Source of the DNA: an uncultured delta proteobacterium
Lineage (GTDB): Bacteria; Desulfobacterota; Desulfuromonadia; Geobacterales; Geobacteraceae
Direction: 5' to 3'
Length of the DNA: 64,000 bases
NCBI GenBank assembly: GCA_963746935.1
Contig: CAVVDU010000038.1
Span: 5,267-69,266, forward strand
The notes below the pieces were generated by a model. The model saw only the letters and a list, made by a program, of their open reading frames with translations. It made no database searches and was not told the origin of the DNA. Within the stretch, counting starts at the first letter, position 1. The number at the start of each line of letters is the position of its first letter. This document shows positions 47,899 to 57,429 of the stretch, in pieces. The position numbers were made by a program, and so were the translations under genes.

Positions 47899-49581
47899 AT
47901 GAGCCTTGTTGGTAACCTGGAAGATCTTGGACTCGGAGAGATTCTCCAGATAGTCAGTCTCAGCAGGAAGTCGGGAGTTCTCTCCCTTTTCAGCCGTGGA
48001 CGCGAGGGGAAGATCGTTTTCCGTCAGGGACAGGTGATCCGGGCCACGATCGACGGCCAGCAGTCCCACTTGGGGCAGCTGCTGCTCAAAAACGGTGTTC
48101 TTACCGATGCATCATTGCGAAAAGCCTTGACCCTGCAGGAACAGGAAGGGGGGAAGGAGCGTCTCGGCGATCTTCTGACGCAGCGCTTTTCCGTGCCCGC
48201 CGATCTCATAGAAGAGGTCGTCCGCCAGCAGATCGAAAATACGGTATATTCCCTCTTTGCCTGGTCAGAAGGGTCCTTCGATTTCGAGTTGCGGGATACC
48301 GTGGACACCGTTGAAGATACTCCACAGGATCTTTCGCAGTGTTTTCTCGAGCAGGGGCTGAACCCCCAGTTCCTCGCCATGGAGGGTTCCCGGCTCCTGG
48401 ATGAGCGTCGCCACAGGGGCGAAATTCAGGATGATACCCTGAACGCCGACGAGGGCGCCTTCCTCGACAACTGTGACCTTGCTTTCGACCTGATTCAGGA
48501 CGGTGAGAATGCCCCCGTACCTGAGCAGATAGCGGACCGCATCGTTGTGCTGGTGGATGATGACGAACTGGTCCGTGAAAGGCTTTCCTCCCTGCTCACC
48601 GGTTGGGGTTTTACCGTCCACGATTTTTCGAAGACCGAAGATACCCTGATCAAGATCGATTTTCTCTATCGTGACGGTTTCCGACCAACAGTGCTGGTTG
48701 ACCTGATCATGCCCAGAATGGATGGTTCCGGCATTTTGGGAGGATTGGAACTCATCGATCTCATCCATGACAATTTCCCCGATCTGACGGTTATCGTTCT
48801 GGCCGACCACCACACAAACAATGCCGAACAGAAAGTGCGGGAGAAAGGCTACCCCTTTCTGCTCAAGCCTCGCAAGGCAGAAATCTCCGATGAGGACACC
48901 TTCCGTGCCTTTTCAGAGAAGCTGAAGTCCGAGCTTGCAGTCCCCAGTCCGGAGAAGCCGGTAGAACCGGCAAACGAGACCATCAACCTTGGGGATGAGC
49001 TGTTCCGGGAGTTCGGCGATGAATTCATGCCGATGTCTGTTCCCGAGTCGCATGGTCCGGAAGTTTCCTTGTTGCGGAGCATGCTGGCTGAACTGAATAA
49101 CCCGTCTCTGGACGGCGGAATCCTTCTGCTCGTGCTCCGTTTTGCCGCTGAATTCATGAACCGGGCGGTAGTCTTTACGGTTCGGGAGGACGGGATCAGG
49201 GGCCTTGGACAGTTTGGCATTGTTGATCCGGAGGGACAAGCCGATGCCCATGTTCGCGATCTTCATATTCCGCTCGGTTCCGACCCGATCTTTACTCGGG
49301 CGATTGCCACCAGGACTACCGTGAAGGAGCCTCCCGAGCGTACTGAATGGAGTCATTATCTGTTTGAGCAGTTAGGTGGCGGGGAGCCACAGGAGATTTT
49401 TCTCGGCCCCCTGGTAAGTGAGGGGAAGGTGGTGGCGCTGTTGTATGGTGATAACCTGCCGGGAAAAGATCCTATCATTGATACCGATTCCCTCGAGATT
49501 TTTCTTGCCCAAGCGGGAATGGCAATGGAAAAGGCACTCTTGCAGCAAAAATTGAAAGAAAAAGTTCAGGAGAAAATGTGA
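47899..49581 (+). CDS. PATAN (DUF4388) domain - receiver domain - GAF-like domain protein
   Basis: The N-terminus LVGNLEDLGLGEILQIVSLSRKSGVL is the DUF4388/PATAN signature. The central REC is VVLVDDDE...VLVDLIMPRMDG...LKP. The C-terminal ~180 aa look GAF-like. Confidence 0.72.
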   Translation: MSLVGNLEDLGLGEILQIVSLSRKSGVLSLFSRGREGKIVFRQGQVIRATIDGQQSHLGQLLLKNGVLTDASLRKALTLQEQEGGKERLGDLLTQRFSVPADLIEEVVRQQIENTVYSLFAWSEGSFDFELRDTVDTVEDTPQDLSQCFLEQGLNPQFLAMEGSRLLDERRHRGEIQDDTLNADEGAFLDNCDLAFDLIQDGENAPVPEQIADRIVVLVDDDELVRERLSSLLTGWGFTVHDFSKTEDTLIKIDFLYRDGFRPTVLVDLIMPRMDGSGILGGLELIDLIHDNFPDLTVIVLADHHTNNAEQKVREKGYPFLLKPRKAEISDEDTFRAFSEKLKSELAVPSPEKPVEPANETINLGDELFREFGDEFMPMSVPESHGPEVSLLRSMLAELNNPSLDGGILLLVLRFAAEFMNRAVVFTVREDGIRGLGQFGIVDPEGQADAHVRDLHIPLGSDPIFTRAIATRTTVKEPPERTEWSHYLFEQLGGGEPQEIFLGPLVSEGKVVALLYGDNLPGKDPIIDTDSLEIFLAQAGMAMEKALLQQKLKEKVQEKM

Positions 49582-49943
49582 AGAAGATACTCATTACTGA
49601 GGATTCCTCCGCAACACGCTCTTTTCTCGCCGCTACCATTGAAGTTATGGAAGGATTCGAAGTTGTTGAGGCCACCAGTGGTTTTGAGGCATTGCGCCTT
49701 TTGCCTCGGGAGCGGGTAGACCTGATTATAACCGATATTAATATGCCCGATATCAACGGGTTGGAACTTATCAGCTATATTAGAAACAATCCGAATTATT
49801 GTTCGATTCCCCTTTTCATCATTTCCACGGAGAGCAGTGAGAAGGATCGGGAGCGCGGGTTGGCGCTCGGCGCAAATGAATATCTGGTGAAACCTTTCCA
49901 TCCGGAGAGGCTGCAGGAACTGATTCTTGCCTATATCGGTTAA
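49578..49943 (+). CDS. cheY: CheY-like single-domain response regulator
   Basis: ILITEDS, LIITDINMPDINGLEL, IISTE and YLVKPF give a complete D-D-T-K receiver set. The GTG start overlaps the upstream stop. Confidence 0.88.
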   Translation: MKKILITEDSSATRSFLAATIEVMEGFEVVEATSGFEALRLLPRERVDLIITDINMPDINGLELISYIRNNPNYCSIPLFIISTESSEKDRERGLALGANEYLVKPFHPERLQELILAYIG

Positions 49944-50025
49944 GAAGCTCCGGCTTCGGATGACGCATTGACTCCGGCACCTTGAGCATGAGGTCAGCGG
50001 GAAACGAGCCGACTGAAAGGAAACG

Positions 50026-52077
50026 ATGACGGATTACCACGATCCCCTGAGTAAGGCTGCTAAAGATTTCCTTGCCGAGGCCGAGGAAATATTCGACCAA
50101 CTGAGCGGCGATATCCTGTTGCTCGGGGACTCGGTCGGCAAGGAGGATTGTGCTCCTGAAACCGTCAATTCCATCTTTCGAAGTGCGCACTCTCTCAAGG
50201 GACTTGCCGGCATGTTCGGATATGGAGAAATTGCCGAACTTTCCCACAACCTGGAAAGCCTTCTGGACTATCTGCGTCTCGGCAAAATTGAGTTGAACGA
50301 GCATACCCTTGCCGTTCTGTTTGATGCCGTGGAGGTTCTCGGTTCTCTTGTTCGTTCCGCAAGTTCCGAAGCCGGCGGCCACGCAGACCTTGCCCCGGTT
50401 CTCGATCGAATCACAACCTGTATTTCCGGCGCACGCGTTGAAGCTGCCACGCTTTCTCCCGCGGATTTGGGCATTTCAGAAAAGATTCTTCATGCCCTCA
50501 CCGAATACGAGGAACACCGCCTCAAGGAGAATATTGCCCGGGGAAAACCCCTCTGTCTCATCCATGCTTCGTACAGTCTCGATACCTTTGATCGGGAACT
50601 TGGCGAGTTGCTTGACCTGCTTAAAGACTCCGGTGAGGTTATCAGCACGCTTCCGAGTGCCGAGGAGGGGCTCGAAAACAGCATCGGTTTCGACATACTG
50701 TTCGGAGCGACGAAAATACCGGAAGAGCTTTTCTCTTTGTTGGACCTGAAGGGCGTCTCGTATGTCAGGCTTGGCGGTGCAGCTGTCGAGTCGGACGTGC
50801 ACAGCGAGGGAAATACATCGCTTCCCAAACAGGATGATAGTGCTGACACCGCCATTTCCGAGGCCGAAACAGCACCTCTTACTGCCCGCAGCATATCCCA
50901 CTCAATGCGGGTTGATATCTCGAAGCTTGACGACCTGATGAACATTGTCGGCGAACTGATCCTTTTCCATGGCACTGTCTCGTCAATCTCGGAAAAGATG
51001 CGGATTCAGGGTTTTTCCGGTCTTGCAGTCGAACTTGGTAAAACCGCCAAGGGGATGGAACGCAAACTGAATGAATTGCAGAAGCGGGTCATGGAAGTCC
51101 GGATGGTCCCGGTTGGGCAGCTTTTTGAAAAAATGTCCCGGATTGTGCGGAAGATTTCGCGGGAGCAAGACAAGCTTATTGAGCTGAAACTGTCCGGAGC
51201 TGATACGGAATTGGACAAGATGATCGTCGAAGATATTGCCGATCCCCTCATGCACATCATCCGGAATTCTATTGATCACGGCATTGAGACCCCTGGGGAG
51301 AGGAGGAAGGGGGGCAAGGATGAGAAAGGCGTCATCAAGCTTTCTTCCTATCAGAAGGGCAACCACGTTGTCATCGAGGTCGAGGATGACGGCAGGGGCA
51401 TTGATCCGGAAAAAATTCTCAAAAAAGCTTTGGAGCTAGGCCTTATCGAGAGTGCCGAGGGACTTTCGCAAAAAGATATTCTGGATATACTCTTCCTTCC
51501 CGGCTTTTCCACCGCGGCAGAGGTCAGCGACATCTCAGGTCGCGGGGTAGGGATGGATGTTGTCAAAAACAATATTGCCTCTGTTTCCGGCACGGTAGAG
51601 ATTAAAAGCATGCCTGGGGCTGGAAGCCGTGTAATCATAACACTCCCCATCACACTTGCCATCATTAAGGCATTGCTGGTGGAAACCTCCGGCCGCTCCT
51701 ATGGAATTCCCATTACTTCGGTACGAGAGACACTTTCCCTTGAAGATGTGGAGATATGCACCGTCGAGCGCAAGGAGGTCATGCAACTGCGCGACTCAAC
51801 CCTGCCGCTTTTGCGCCTGGAAAAATTCTTCAATTACCTTCAGTGCGAGGAGCTTTCCGACAGCTCCTATGTCGTGGTGGTTGGGGAGAATGAGCGGCGC
51901 GTGGGAATTATGGTGAATGATCTTCTTGGGCAGCAGGATATCGTCATAAAGTCCCTGGGTGACACTTTCAAGGGTGTGAGGGGGGTGGCCGGGGCTGCAG
52001 ATCTGGGCGATCAGCGCACCATACTCATTCTGGATGTGAGCGGAATCGTTTCCGAGACGACAAAAGGCGGAGTATAG
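50026..52077 (+). CDS. cheA: chemotaxis histidine kinase CheA
   Basis: It has the Hpt motif (FRSAHSLKGLAGMFG), a dimerisation domain, HATPase (HIIRNSIDHGIE, DDGRGID, GRGVGMDVV) and a C-terminal CheW-like domain. There is no C-terminal receiver. Confidence 0.93.
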   Translation: MTDYHDPLSKAAKDFLAEAEEIFDQLSGDILLLGDSVGKEDCAPETVNSIFRSAHSLKGLAGMFGYGEIAELSHNLESLLDYLRLGKIELNEHTLAVLFDAVEVLGSLVRSASSEAGGHADLAPVLDRITTCISGARVEAATLSPADLGISEKILHALTEYEEHRLKENIARGKPLCLIHASYSLDTFDRELGELLDLLKDSGEVISTLPSAEEGLENSIGFDILFGATKIPEELFSLLDLKGVSYVRLGGAAVESDVHSEGNTSLPKQDDSADTAISEAETAPLTARSISHSMRVDISKLDDLMNIVGELILFHGTVSSISEKMRIQGFSGLAVELGKTAKGMERKLNELQKRVMEVRMVPVGQLFEKMSRIVRKISREQDKLIELKLSGADTELDKMIVEDIADPLMHIIRNSIDHGIETPGERRKGGKDEKGVIKLSSYQKGNHVVIEVEDDGRGIDPEKILKKALELGLIESAEGLSQKDILDILFLPGFSTAAEVSDISGRGVGMDVVKNNIASVSGTVEIKSMPGAGSRVIITLPITLAIIKALLVETSGRSYGIPITSVRETLSLEDVEICTVERKEVMQLRDSTLPLLRLEKFFNYLQCEELSDSSYVVVVGENERRVGIMVNDLLGQQDIVIKSLGDTFKGVRGVAGAADLGDQRTILILDVSGIVSETTKGGV

Positions 52078-52079
52078 CC

Positions 52080-52880
52080 ATGTACAAGGGTTTCTACGGA
52101 CTCAGGGAGAAGCCTTTCAGCAAGACCCCCGATCCCCGTTTCCTTTTCATGAGCCGAGTCCATGAGGAGGCGCTCGCCCGACTCCAGTATGCGGTGGAGG
52201 AAATTGACCTGGCGCTGCTTACAGGCGGTATCGGGAGCGGCAAGACAACTATCTCCCGGGCCTTGATGGACAGTGTCGGCCCGGGATACCGTTTCTGTTT
52301 TGTTATTAACCCGATTCTTACTCCAATGGAATTTCTTCGTCTCCTTGCCCGAGACCTTGGCCTGGTTTCTCCCGCGGTCACGAAGGACGATCTGCTCAAG
52401 GAGCTTACCGAGGAAATATATCGCTGCCATGCCGGGGGTATTGTCCCGGTTATTGTTATCGATGAGGCACAGATGATTCCCGGTCGGGAGGTCTTTGACG
52501 AGATACGGTTGTTGACCAATTTCCAGCTTGATGACACGAACCTGCTTTCCGTGATCCTTATGGGACAGCCCGAGTTACGCGAAAGACTTGCCGACCCGGT
52601 TTATGAGCCTCTTCGTCAGCGCATCGGCATCCAGTATCACCTGAAATCCCTGGACCTGGAGGAGACGCTGGAATATCTCGATTTCCGGCTTACTGTTGCA
52701 GGGGGGAAACAGGGACTGTTTCTGCCCGATGCGGTGCTCAGGATTTACCAGTTATCCGAAGGGGTTCCGCGCAGAATCAACACGATTGCCACCAATGCGC
52801 TACTGGAAGGGTATTCTCGAGATGCAGCTATGATTGATGCCGAGATTATCGACGCTTTGTGTGAGGAACTTTATGTGTAA
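52080..52880 (+). CDS. ExeA/GspA/MshM-like AAA ATPase
   Basis: FYGLREKPFSKTPDPRFLF, Walker A GGIGSGKT, Walker B VIVIDEAQ and GVPRRINT are hallmarks of the ExeA family. The ATG is 2 nt after the cheA stop. Confidence 0.8.
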   Translation: MYKGFYGLREKPFSKTPDPRFLFMSRVHEEALARLQYAVEEIDLALLTGGIGSGKTTISRALMDSVGPGYRFCFVINPILTPMEFLRLLARDLGLVSPAVTKDDLLKELTEEIYRCHAGGIVPVIVIDEAQMIPGREVFDEIRLLTNFQLDDTNLLSVILMGQPELRERLADPVYEPLRQRIGIQYHLKSLDLEETLEYLDFRLTVAGGKQGLFLPDAVLRIYQLSEGVPRRINTIATNALLEGYSRDAAMIDAEIIDALCEELYV

Positions 52881-53016
52881 CATGCCTGGCTTTACTGAAG
52901 CCACGAATTTAGCTCCCCTCGCGCAAGGGGGGGTGACATATCTTGCACTTTCAGTCTGAGCCGAATAGGTACTCCGGATTTTCTTTCAACAGCTTGCCGG
53001 TAGACGGGACCTTTCC

Positions 53017-53769
53017 ATGAATCTTGCTGAAATACGAAAAAAGGCTTGTCAGGAAAAGAACGGGAAGATACTTCCTGCCGATTCGGCATCGTCATCGGCT
53101 CCCGTTTCCATTCAGGCGGAAGGGACGGCTGAGCAGAGCACCGTTCAAGAGTTTGAGGAGGAGACTTTTCCGGAATCCTCCAACTTGGAAAGGACCGAGT
53201 CCTTGCTTGCCGTGGAGAGTCCGGACGAATTACCCTCGATTTTTGACCCTGCGGCGCTGATTTTCGCCGGTCGCCAGAGCGCGGGTATGGCTTCGGCCGC
53301 AGTTGACACTCAGCAACGGGAAGCCACTGAAAACGCGGGAGATTTGTTGAAATATCTCCGCTTCCGCGTTTCGGACGAGGAGTATGGCGTTAGTCTCCTG
53401 GAAATTCGGGAAATTATTAAGCCCCGTGATATTACCGAAGTTCCCGGCATGCCTGATTATGTGTCGGGTGTTTTATCCTTGCGGGGAATAATCATCCCGT
53501 TGTTTGATCTTCGTCTTCGACTTGGCCTTGCTGCGAATGAAGATCCCGGTCACGAAAGGATCATTGTTGCCAAGAGGCAGGAGGGTTTATTTGGTCTGCT
53601 CGTTGATGAGGTCTATCAGGTGATCAATCTTTCCTTTGCCTCAATTGAGGCTGCGCCGACAGTTCTGGAGGGAGTTGACCGGGAATTCATTTCGGGGATC
53701 GGCCGTCATGGACAACGGATGCTTATACTCCTGGATCTGGAAAAAATAGTAGATATCTCTCTCAGTTGA
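53017..53769 (+). CDS. cheW: CheW-like coupling protein with ~115-aa acidic, low-complexity N-terminal extension
   Basis: The CheW domain is YLRFRVSDEEYGVSLLEIREI...VSGVLSLRGIIIPLFDLR...GLLVDEV. Confidence 0.8.
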   Translation: MNLAEIRKKACQEKNGKILPADSASSSAPVSIQAEGTAEQSTVQEFEEETFPESSNLERTESLLAVESPDELPSIFDPAALIFAGRQSAGMASAAVDTQQREATENAGDLLKYLRFRVSDEEYGVSLLEIREIIKPRDITEVPGMPDYVSGVLSLRGIIIPLFDLRLRLGLAANEDPGHERIIVAKRQEGLFGLLVDEVYQVINLSFASIEAAPTVLEGVDREFISGIGRHGQRMLILLDLEKIVDISLS

Positions 53770-53855
53770 GGTATGCCTTTCCCGGGAGGGATTGAAGTCG
53801 GTCAACATCGACGTCCGGGCAGCTTCCGGGGACCGGAAGCACAGGGGGAATCCTG

Positions 53856-54335
53856 TTGGACAGGGATATTCAGGAAATCAAGGTTGTCTGCTTTCGTTTG
53901 GGTCAGGATACCTTTGCCCTAGACATTATGCGGGTCAGGGAGATTGTGAAACCACAAAAAATCTCCGGTCTTCCCGAGGCACCTGCTTTTGTGGAAGGCG
54001 TTATCAACCTTCGTGGTGCCATTATTCCGGTAGTGGATCTGCGAAAAAAGTTCGGTTTTTCGGAAAGTGGCTGCAGTGGCGAATGCAGACTTCTGATTAC
54101 GGTTGTAGCACGACAACTTGTCGGCCTGATTGTGGATGCGGTAACCGAAGTTGTTACCATCCCGATACGGGATCTCCGGCCTCCACCGTCGGTGGTCAAA
54201 GTCGCCGGATACCGTTTCCTTATCGGCGTTTGCCTGGTGAAAGAGGTAATGGTTATGCTGGTGAATCTGGACAAGATTTTCAACGGGACACTAGGTGCAT
54301 TGCCCGCCTGCAGTGTCGAGGCAGATGAAATCTGA
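53856..54335 (+). CDS. cheW: CheW coupling protein
   Basis: VVCFRLGQDTFALDIMRVREI...VEGVINLRGAIIPVVDLR...GLIVDAV. TTG start. Confidence 0.88.
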   Translation: MDRDIQEIKVVCFRLGQDTFALDIMRVREIVKPQKISGLPEAPAFVEGVINLRGAIIPVVDLRKKFGFSESGCSGECRLLITVVARQLVGLIVDAVTEVVTIPIRDLRPPPSVVKVAGYRFLIGVCLVKEVMVMLVNLDKIFNGTLGALPACSVEADEI

Positions 54336-54358
54336 GCTGAGCGAGTGAAAGGACTGCC

Positions 54359-55339
54359 ATGCTGCTGGGTTGCCCCACATGCAAAACACGATACAGACTT
54401 GATGATTCCAAGATTCGGGCAGACGGAATCCATCTGCAATGTTGCCGGTGCCGCACGGTCTTCCGGGTTGCGGGAAAGATACCTCCACATTCTTGCTTGG
54501 TGTCCAAAACGGCTCCCGAACAGGCTGGGAAACCTGTTACGGTTGTCGTGGCTAATGAAAGCCCGGATTTCTGCGCCTCTGTAGCCCATATTCTTGCACC
54601 TGAGCCTTTTGTGGTGCTGTGCTGTCATGATGGCAGAGAAGCCATGGATCTGATTGAAGAGCACCTCCCAGATGTTGTTCTTCTCGATGTCGCTCTTCCA
54701 ACCCTCTATGGTTTCGAGATCTGCGATCGGATCAGGAACACTCCTGCGCTGTCTGCTGTCAAAACGATTCTTATCGCTTCCATCTATGACAAAACCCGCT
54801 ATAAAAGGGAGCCCCAGTCATTGTACGGAGCGGATGATTATATTGAGAAGCACCATATACCTGATGCCCTGTCAGCCAAAATCTATCGTCTGGTGTTCGG
54901 TCAGGAACCGGTTGATCAGGATTTGGAGAGCTTTTCTTCCGCAGAAGATGAAGAACCGACCAATCTCGAGAACATTTCGGAGCAGGAGATGCTGGAGCAG
55001 GAGATGGTTCGGGAAGAACTTCGCCGGGACGAGGAGGAAAAAACGACCTCGAGCGAAAGTCTGCAACTGTCGGAAGCTCACAGCAAGGCCCGGCGTCTGG
55101 CCCGCATTATCGTGACCGATATAGCGCTCTACAACCAGAAGAAGGTCGAGGAGGGGGTTAGAAACGGGACATTCTACGAACTTTTCGAGGAAGAACTGAA
55201 TGATGGAAGACTTTTCTACAATCGGCGGGTATCTGATCAGGTGCGTGAGGGGACAACGTATCTGGATAATGCTATAGAAGATTTCATCGCGCAGAAGAAG
55301 TCAGATCTGAACAGTTTGAAAAGTGCCACTTCACACTGA
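54359..55339 (+). CDS. MJ0042-type zinc-ribbon - receiver-like domain - conserved helical C-terminal domain protein
   Basis: The zinc ribbon is CPTCKTRYRL...LQCCRCRTVF. The REC-like core is VVVANES...VVLLDVALPTLYG...ILIASIY...YIEKH. It is followed by an acidic linker and ARRLARIIVTDIALYNQKKVEEG. Confidence 0.7.
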   Translation: MLLGCPTCKTRYRLDDSKIRADGIHLQCCRCRTVFRVAGKIPPHSCLVSKTAPEQAGKPVTVVVANESPDFCASVAHILAPEPFVVLCCHDGREAMDLIEEHLPDVVLLDVALPTLYGFEICDRIRNTPALSAVKTILIASIYDKTRYKREPQSLYGADDYIEKHHIPDALSAKIYRLVFGQEPVDQDLESFSSAEDEEPTNLENISEQEMLEQEMVREELRRDEEEKTTSSESLQLSEAHSKARRLARIIVTDIALYNQKKVEEGVRNGTFYELFEEELNDGRLFYNRRVSDQVREGTTYLDNAIEDFIAQKKSDLNSLKSATSH

Positions 55340-55359
55340 GTAAACAAGTTTGCATCACC

Positions 55360-57429
55360 ATGTCTGCAATGATTGATTTTGCTATTGATTCCGGAGGCTA
55401 CAGTATAATGAACCAGAACCATTCCGCGGACATTACCGACGCCATTGTCAACTCCCTTTCCTCATCGGAGGAGGAGACTCGTCGCGTTGCGGTGGCTTCC
55501 CTTTCTTCCGTCTCGCTGGAGAAATCCTCGGAACTTCTCTTTCTTGCCATGGGGGATGCCAGCTGGAGGGTTCGAAAAGAGGCGGTGGAGGTATTCCTCA
55601 CAGCAGTGGATACAGAACATTTTATTGGCAGGCTTTTCAACCTTCTCAGATCTCAGGATAATGCGGGGCTGCGAAATTCTGCCGCTGAAGCGCTCATTCG
55701 GCTTGGGAAGCGCTCCCTGGCTGAATTGGAGGCGCATGCCCAGGATAGCGACAGTGATGTCCGAAAGTTTGTTGTCGACATCCTTGGTGCCATTGGGGAT
55801 CATTCAGCTGTGAAGCTTCTGGTGCATTCTCTGGATGACAGTGATCCGAACGTCGCCATGGCGGCTGCCGAAACCCTTGGAACTATCGGCGATGCAGAGG
55901 CACTGCAGCCATTACTTGCAGCCCTCTCCCGTAACGATATCTCCCTCCGTTATACTATTTTGGAGTCTCTCGCAAAAATTGGTGAACCATTGCCTCTGGA
56001 GGCGGTTTCCCCCTTTCTTGCCGAAGGGCTTCTCAAAAAGGCCGTGTACGATTGTCTCTGTTCGGTCGGTCGAGTCGATGCTGCCCCGCTTTTGGTGCAA
56101 GGACTTGCCGAGTCGGGGAAAAGTGTTCGTGAGGCTGCCGTCAAGGCTCTGATGGCAATTCGTGACAGGTGTCCGGAAGAGTGGGCGGTAAATGCCGGTG
56201 ATTCACTCCTTCAAGGACTGGCAGATACTCCGGTCGTCGAGGGCCTGCTGGTACTGATGGATACCTCGGATATCGTTCTGCACCGGGCTCTCATCAGAAT
56301 TTTCGGATTGATAGGAGATCCGAGAACTGCCAGGGCCATTCTTTGTTCGTGCAGAAGTGAGCAGCTGCTTCCTTACTGTATTCCTGCGTTACGTGCTCAG
56401 GGGGCGGTTTCAATCGGGTTTTTCGAAGAGGAGTTTTCCGGGGGCGATGAAGAAGCGCGAGCGAATATCCTTCGCCTCTGTGGCGAAATGGTGTTGAGAG
56501 AGGCTGCTCCGTTACTGAGACGAGCACTGGATGAGCCTTCGCCACAGCTTCGAGAGGTTTCTGTCCGTTCTGTTGGCAAGATCGGGTTGATCGAACTGAT
56601 TCCTGAAACTGCAGCGCTTTTGGGAGATTTTGACCAGGATGTCAGGATTGCCGCTCTGGAGACGCTTGCACTCCTGGCCGACCTGGACCCGTCGTCGGTT
56701 GGTAAGATAGCTGCTGTTCTCGCAATTGCGGATGAGCCTGACAAGAGGCGAGACGCGGTGTTCCTTTGCGGTGTGCTTCGTGACCGGGAACGTCTTTCGC
56801 TGCTTATGAAAGATGCTGACGATCTGGTGAGGAGAACAGCTGTACAAGGGCTCGCGCGTCTCGGCGGAGATGATATCGTTCATCATCTTACCATGGCCTT
56901 GACGGACGAAAATTCCGGAGTCAGAATTGCTGCTGCATCGACCCTTGGAGAAACAGGCAAGCAGAATGCCGTTGAGCCTCTGGTCCTGGTTATGGCGGAC
57001 CCGGATCCATGGGTCAGGTGTGCTGCACTCAGAAGCCTGGGAAGAATCGGAGGCGATATCGCGTTGGCTGCACTTGAGAAGGCTCTTGATGAAGCAGACG
57101 GGCTTGTCTCGCTTGCCGCGCTTGATGGCTTGCGGCATTTCGATACTGACAGATCCCGGCTATTGGCTCACCGGGCGACGGCATCAAGCAACAGCGATGT
57201 GGTGAAGTCTGCTATCGAACTCCTTGTGGAATTGGATGACCCCTGGCTTGATGACCATTGGCAAGAGTTTCTCCACCATCCCCATTGGGACGTGAGAAAT
57301 TCGGTTGTCCGCTATCTGGGTGAAAAGCTGGGGCAAGAGTCGCTTCCCCTTCTCCGGAGAGCACTTGAAACGGAAACCGATGATCTGGTGCGGGGCAGGA
57401 TTTTAGAAATCCTGGAAAGATATCGATGA
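55360..57429 (+). CDS. HEAT-repeat (PBS-lyase-type) protein
   Basis: It has more than 12 repeats of the D..VR..A..ALG..G type (DASWRVRKEAVEVF, DSDVRKFVVDILGAIGD, DPNVAMAAAETLGTIGD, DPWVRCAALRSLGRIGG ...). An alternative start at ATG 55408 has a ggagg SD. Confidence 0.8.
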   Translation: MSAMIDFAIDSGGYSIMNQNHSADITDAIVNSLSSSEEETRRVAVASLSSVSLEKSSELLFLAMGDASWRVRKEAVEVFLTAVDTEHFIGRLFNLLRSQDNAGLRNSAAEALIRLGKRSLAELEAHAQDSDSDVRKFVVDILGAIGDHSAVKLLVHSLDDSDPNVAMAAAETLGTIGDAEALQPLLAALSRNDISLRYTILESLAKIGEPLPLEAVSPFLAEGLLKKAVYDCLCSVGRVDAAPLLVQGLAESGKSVREAAVKALMAIRDRCPEEWAVNAGDSLLQGLADTPVVEGLLVLMDTSDIVLHRALIRIFGLIGDPRTARAILCSCRSEQLLPYCIPALRAQGAVSIGFFEEEFSGGDEEARANILRLCGEMVLREAAPLLRRALDEPSPQLREVSVRSVGKIGLIELIPETAALLGDFDQDVRIAALETLALLADLDPSSVGKIAAVLAIADEPDKRRDAVFLCGVLRDRERLSLLMKDADDLVRRTAVQGLARLGGDDIVHHLTMALTDENSGVRIAAASTLGETGKQNAVEPLVLVMADPDPWVRCAALRSLGRIGGDIALAALEKALDEADGLVSLAALDGLRHFDTDRSRLLAHRATASSNSDVVKSAIELLVELDDPWLDDHWQEFLHHPHWDVRNSVVRYLGEKLGQESLPLLRRALETETDDLVRGRILEILERYR

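Noticed and set aside
49895-49906. A 12-nt match (tttccatccgga) to the CTAGTTTCCATCCGGAAA palindromic unit, inside cheY.
   Set aside because: It lies in-frame in a conserved receiver segment (VKPFHPER) and has no second arm or CTAG ends. I treat it as coincidence.
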